Assembly: GCF_001194135.2 (NCBI RefSeq)
Contig: NC_068989.1
Span: forward strand, 55,636,937 to 55,696,185
Direction: 5' to 3'
DNA length: 59,249 nucleotides
Source of the DNA: Octopus bimaculoides
Lineage: Eukaryota
Positions 54,074-59,249 of this stretch are shown here, in pieces. The number at the start of each line of letters is the position of its first letter. Positions within the stretch are counted from its first letter, which is position 1. Position numbers and translations under genes: made by a program. The notes beneath the pieces were generated by a model that was given only the letters and a program-made list of their open reading frames with translations, did no database searches and had not been told where the DNA came from.

Positions 54074-54125
54074 CACTCTGAAGAGATCGGCCAAACTACT
54101 GGCTGCATCGAAACGTACGTAAGTG
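54074..54125 (+). ncRNA. Type I hammerhead ribozyme (minimal, Penelope/retrozyme-like)
   Basis: Helix I cact (54074-77) pairs with agtg (54122-25); CUGAAGA at 54078-84; helix II gatcggcca/tggctgcatc with loop aactac; GAAA at 54110-13; helix III ac-gtac-gt; GUA cleavage triplet at 54119-21. Confidence 0.8.
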
Positions 54126-54239
54126 ACTAAGACATAATATACAAAATGACTCATTACATAACCTAAACCTCCACACTGACTCATTTCACAAGCTCCAACG
54201 AAAATGCTTTTTCTTGTATTTGTTGCTCCATTCTCCAAG

Positions 54240-54274
<35 letters not shown>

Positions 54275-55764
54275 CTGGTTTAAAATAAATTCTGAATTCT
54301 TCATTAGAAATATCTGATATCCAAAAGGTTATAATTTCGATCTACATGGATCTCATTCAGTTCTAGAAAATTTGCAAGAATACTTGTTTTGTATATCAGA
54401 CCACTTATACAAAAGGGTACTGAAAACTTCCTAACTTTAAGGGTATCATGGTAGGCCTGCTTGGAGGTCCAAGCTTCCAAGTTCTTTAACAGAGCTTAGA
54501 AAAACTGAAAGACCACTGCAATAAGAGTGTGAATCCGAGAGGAGAAAGTGTTGAATAAAATTGTAATTAAACTGATCCACCTGTATTTTCTTTTACCCAA
54601 AACCAGGAACTTTACAGCACATCCTCATATATCAATTGCCATCTTAATAAATAACAAGTGAACTCATGCATGTAATGTTGGTATGTATATTCCAAGCTAT
54701 AAGTCAAAGTTTTCCCTCAAGCTGAAACATTGTACAGGGGCAGAATTGTTTCAAGGAGAAGGTCAGGTTATGGGACTTCTGAATTTATCTTTTTAGCTAC
54801 AAACAGAACACCCAAGGATATTGTATATTCTCAAGTACTGCAACAGATATTGGGAAAAGTTTGATTAGAAATATAATCATTTAGAGTAATTATCAGTATT
54901 TTTTTAAAAGCATGTTTTCCCCAAGATAAAAAGAAAAAAACAGAAAGATTATCCAAGGAAATAAAATTTTAGTTAGAGTTCAAAAATTTTTTTTTTTTTT
55001 CTGCACATTTTCATGAAGCTTAATTTCAGCATCCTTCTGAATGAATGACTTAGATGCAACAATTCTGAGTGGTGTAGCAAGCAACATTTCCAAGTCAACT
55101 GAAGACTGTCAGCAACTTTTTACAGCAATTAATCCAAAATATAATTAATTCATGTAACTACATTTATTTTAGCTATTAATAAACCAGGACAAGGTCAAGT
55201 ACAGCTGCTAGTTTGGAATAAATTATCTGGTGGTATAGATTTGAAAATAAACATTCAAGAAAAAGTATGTCAAAGGCCATGGACTATATAAATTGATTAA
55301 TTTTCCAGAATATATATGTGTACGTGTGGGTGGTAGGGAATAAGATTAAGTATATACTCCTTGGTTTTCTATTTTTGTTGTTTTCTATACTTTTTTTATG
55401 ACTTAGAAAAAGAACAACAGCACTCATGACCCTTTCTGGGACTTCGATAACTAGAGGAATAAGAGAAACGCTTATCCTCAGATATAGCCCAAATGTTTGC
55501 AACAGTGTGAACCCAGCAAAAGACACCTAAGGACCAGGTCTTTATGTTAAACTAAATGATTTAAGTCTACTGCCCAAGAACACAAATGGTTTGCCTGAGG
55601 TACCATGCAGTGGGATTGAACTTAATACAATGTATTTACAAAGCAAACTTCTTCAACATATAACTATCCCTTCAGTAGTTACAACCTCAAAATATTTGTC
55701 GAGTAAGGCTAAATATATATTTTTGTATAGAACTGAATAAGTCAAAATATACTGACATTAATAA

Positions 55765-55898
55765 TATTTTTTTTCTACTATAAGCACAAGTCCTAAAATT
55801 CTGAGGAAGATTGGCAGAATTTGAACTCAGAAAATCAAGAAAGATGAAATGTTGCAAAGCATTTTTGTCTAGCACACTAATGATTCAGCCAGCTCACC
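55765..55898 (-). mobile_element. SINE family B, truncated
   Basis: ggcagaatttgaactcagaa...gcatttttgtctagcacactaatgattcagccagctcacc. Confidence 0.8.
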
Positions 55899-56204
55899 AG
55901 CAAAAATAAAATCAAAAAAAAATATTTCTATCAAACAGTTAAGTGGCACTCTCAAGGTTATCATCACATCTTTCTATACACTCTTAACAGAAACTTTTCT
56001 CTACATTGAGAATTAAAAAATGCTTAGCTATAGGTATATTGGTTGATTTCCACAAAGCTATGAGTATCTTTATTAAAACCAATAAAGCATATATCCTCTG
56101 TTTTGTTCCTCAACATCAGCACTTGGATAACATTGTGTACTTTCGATAAATTCATGTAACAAGCAATTTTGAGTGATGCTTCAAGAAATCAGTTTTTACC
56201 ACTA

Positions 56205-56405
56205 AATATCGGTTTTAAATTCTAGCACAAGGCCAGCAATTTTGGAGGAGATGTTAAGTTGATTACATCAACTCCAGCACTCAACTGGTATTTACTTTAA
56301 TGATCAGGCAAAGTCGACTTCAGTGGAATTTGAACTCAGAACATAAAGACGAACAAAATGCTGCTAAGTATTTTGCCTGGTGTGCTAACGATTCTACCAG
56401 CTTGC
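56205..56405 (-). mobile_element. SINE family B
   Basis: ggcaaagtcgacttcagtggaatttgaactcagaac...gtgtgctaacgattctaccagcttgc. Confidence 0.85.
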
Positions 56406-57680
56406 TGCTTTTCCCACCACTAAGTATTAAGGGCAACATTTTCACAATACTGTTTTTATAACTGTACAAAAGTTGTAAAATCTAATTAATTTTCGATTCT
56501 TTTTAATAGTTGGATGCAGGTATTAATAGATACTTTATTTCTCCAACTGCCTTTAATCCAGCCTAAATTTTTAAATTTTCTCCATAGCAGCTTCACTTTG
56601 AACCAAATTTCAAAACATTTAGGATATACTAGTAGGACCCGTGAATATTTCACAAAATTAACGGTAAACTTATTGGGTTATTTCTGAAATTTTATTCAAA
56701 AAACCTGAAAGCATAGCTTGTGTTGTGTCTGTATCAAAAGATAGTCACTCAACTGCTAATCATTGAAAAGTGAAGGAAATTGAAATACGATGGTTACATA
56801 CTTTATGCCCTATTTTATAGACTTAATACACAGCACTCTTCCTCTTAACCTGACCCTCTTTTTCTCTCTCCTTTTCTTTTCGCTCTTTGCCTTTCCCTTC
56901 AACTAATCACATGAAAGCATTACCAACCGGCTAAGTAACAGAGGAAAAAAACTTAGTTTTAAAAAAAAATCACACATTTTTCTCCCCTATCCCTTAACCC
57001 CTCCCCCATCTCTCTCTTCCCTTATCCCTCGACCCTCTCCCTCATCCCATCTCCTCCCCATCCCTTCAACTAATCATGTGGAAGCATTACAGACAGGCTA
57101 AATAACGAAGGAACAAACAAATTATTATAAGGTATCTATTTTATAAAAGAAAGAAATAGAATAGGTTTTGAAAGATTTCCACAGGGAAAACTAAATCGAG
57201 AATACAGTCCATAAGCAATATACTGCTTACTGACAACCTTTTAGATCTATCAGGAAGAAAGGAATACCTGCAATTTTGGGTGGGGAAAAGTGATTAGTGC
57301 AAGATTTGGAAGTGAAATATAGTAGAGAAGTAGTGACATGTGCATCGGATAGACATGAATAGAGGTGGCATATAGCTTGCTAGTTCAAAGGAACAGAAGC
57401 CATTGCAATAATAGTAGAAAGAAGAAACAACACACCTGTCAGCTAGTAATTACATGTTGGTAAGTAATTCTTGTTTGTGTGTGTACACAGCAACAGTGCA
57501 ATATCATATATGAAAGGATAACACTTGAGCTTTGTAGAGGGTCAATAACTTGGTCTGGAGAGAAAGAGTTATTCTTAGGGATGCAGTTTTGGCAGTTATA
57601 ATTTCCATTGTAGATCAGAAATTATCCAGTCTAGCACTTACAGAAACATTGGAGACTTTAATCAAGAACTGTCTATTATA

Positions 57681-58966
57681 TTGAGTCATCGCATAAATAA
57701 TGCAGTTTTTTTTATACTTCTTTTATTTTACAAAATTAAGATAAACAAAGTTCTTTTTTAATCTAAAATATACTCTCCTTCATTTTCTACAATGTTCTTC
57801 CATCTATCTGGTAGATATGCAAGGCCCCTCTTCCAAAATTCACTTGTCAGTGACAAAAAATTACTCCTCCAGTACTTTTCTGACCTCATCTACAGGATTT
57901 ATATTTTTTCCATCCTTATGATTTTGAAGACTGCGGAATATGATTTTGAAGACTGGGGCAATGTCCAGCAAATATGGTGGGTGGGGCATCGTTTCCCATT
58001 CAAACTGCCCCAGCCTTTCAAATGACATCCTCACTTTATGTGGTCGAGCATTATCCTGATGGAAGAACACCTTTCATCTTGAAACCAAAGATGGTCATTT
58101 TTCTTCTAGCGCTGACTTAAGCTGCTCAAGCTACTTGCAGCAGATCTCCTTTGTTATCATTTGGTTTAGCTTTAAAAGTTCAAAGTGGGCTAAACATTTC
58201 ATATCCCACCAAAGAGATAACAACACCTTATGTGGGTGAAGACCTTCTTTAGCCTTGCGTGCCAGTGTTTCTCCTTTCCCTACCCACTGTCTTTGGTGCT
58301 TGACATTTTTATAGAGGTCCCATTTTCTCATCACTAGTCACTATTCGGCTGAAAAACAGTTCATTCATGAGATATAACAGCAAAGAAAAGCACACATTCA
58401 CTCTCTGCATGCGATTAGATTCGGAATGTTGTGAGGAACCCATTGAACCAATTTGCTGACTCTCTCGATGGCATGCAGATGTTGATGAATGGTTGAATGA
58501 CCAAATCCAAGCTTCTCTGCTAGTTCCTCAACAATTACAATAGGTTTTGTTCCACCAGAATTTGCAGGACATCCTTGTTGAGCTCTACAGATCTTCCAGG
58601 ACAAGGCTTGTCTTCTAGGCTGTAGTTTCTGGCTCAGAATTTCTTGAACCACTTTTGACACTGGCTAATGCTTATTGTCCAATCCCCATATACTGCGTTA
58701 ATATTCCTCACACTTTCCATTGCATTGTTGCTTTTATTGAACTCATAAAGCAAAATATGCCAAATATGCTCCTTTGTCACTTCCATTGTAGCTTTGAAAA
58801 AATAACTGTTAAAATTGAACTGCACTCTTCAAAACTTGCACTAAGGATAAGAGCAAGGTAAAATTATTACCTGCTTTTATAGTTGATGCAGGTAGTTTAT
58901 CCCATCCCCCTCCTACTTTTAGTTCATGCAATTGAAAAAAACCACATTATTTATGGGATGACACAA
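57681..58966 (-). mobile_element. Full-length (1286 bp) mariner element with a pseudogenised transposase
   Basis: About 30-bp TIRs ttgagtcatcgcataaataatgcagttttt / aaaaaaccacattatttatgggatgacacaa; TA at 57679-80 and 58967-68; fragments MEVTKEHIWHILLYEFNK, QWVPH, KVLLSLWWDMK, FHQDNARPH and HPPY..DIAP; frameshifted. Confidence 0.95.
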
Positions 58967-59249
58967 TACATATGCAGGAATTATTATGATGCAGATCGGT
59001 TTCCTTGTGCCGTGGTTTCATAGCTTCTTATCATGGAAGGTATGAAAGTTTGGCATTTAATGCATATCTTACATGTATGCAAATGGTTAAGGAAAAGTAA
59101 AAAATGATAAAAATCTACTGTATGGAACATGTATATTTAGAAAGAAATAGGTATATTCCAAACTTAATTGGGAATCTCATTGATGTAGAATAAATAAATA
59201 ATACAAAGCTAATTACCCTATATATATGTATATATATATATATATATAT

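Noticed and set aside
54115-54124. GTAAGT splice donor after ORF 53597-54130
   Set aside because: Better explained as the helix III, cleavage site and helix I of the hammerhead; the ORF runs through a gap
1-59249. CRISPR arrays, rRNA genes, prokaryotic operons
   Set aside because: No repeat-spacer arrays or rRNA-like sequence; the DNA is clearly eukaryotic and repeat-rich

Overview
AT-rich, microsatellite-dense eukaryotic DNA with six N gaps. Its SINE/MITE families look like those I recognise from Octopus genomes (recognition, not a database hit). I cannot identify a host protein-coding gene. Nearly all ORFs in the track are microsatellite, gap or antisense artefacts. The recognisable coding sequence is decayed transposon material: a full-length mariner with TIRs and TA sites (57681-58966), two DD37D Tc1/mariner relics, a Tc1 tail, CR1 and RTE LINE fragments, two restriction-like-endonuclease non-LTR relics (HERO-like, R4/Dong-like) and a gypsy integrase fragment. 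CpG depletion and an apparent A>T/C>G skew from about 11 kb onward suggest long introns of a minus-strand gene, and a few weak candidate exons are listed. The best finding is a type I hammerhead ribozyme with a complete core and a palindromic minimal helix III at 54074-54125, typical of Penelope-like elements and retrozymes. A decayed second hammerhead-like motif lies at 32728-32770. There is also a three-level nest at 11352-12622: a TTAA MITE interrupted by a Helentron-like element that carries a gypsy integrase fragment.
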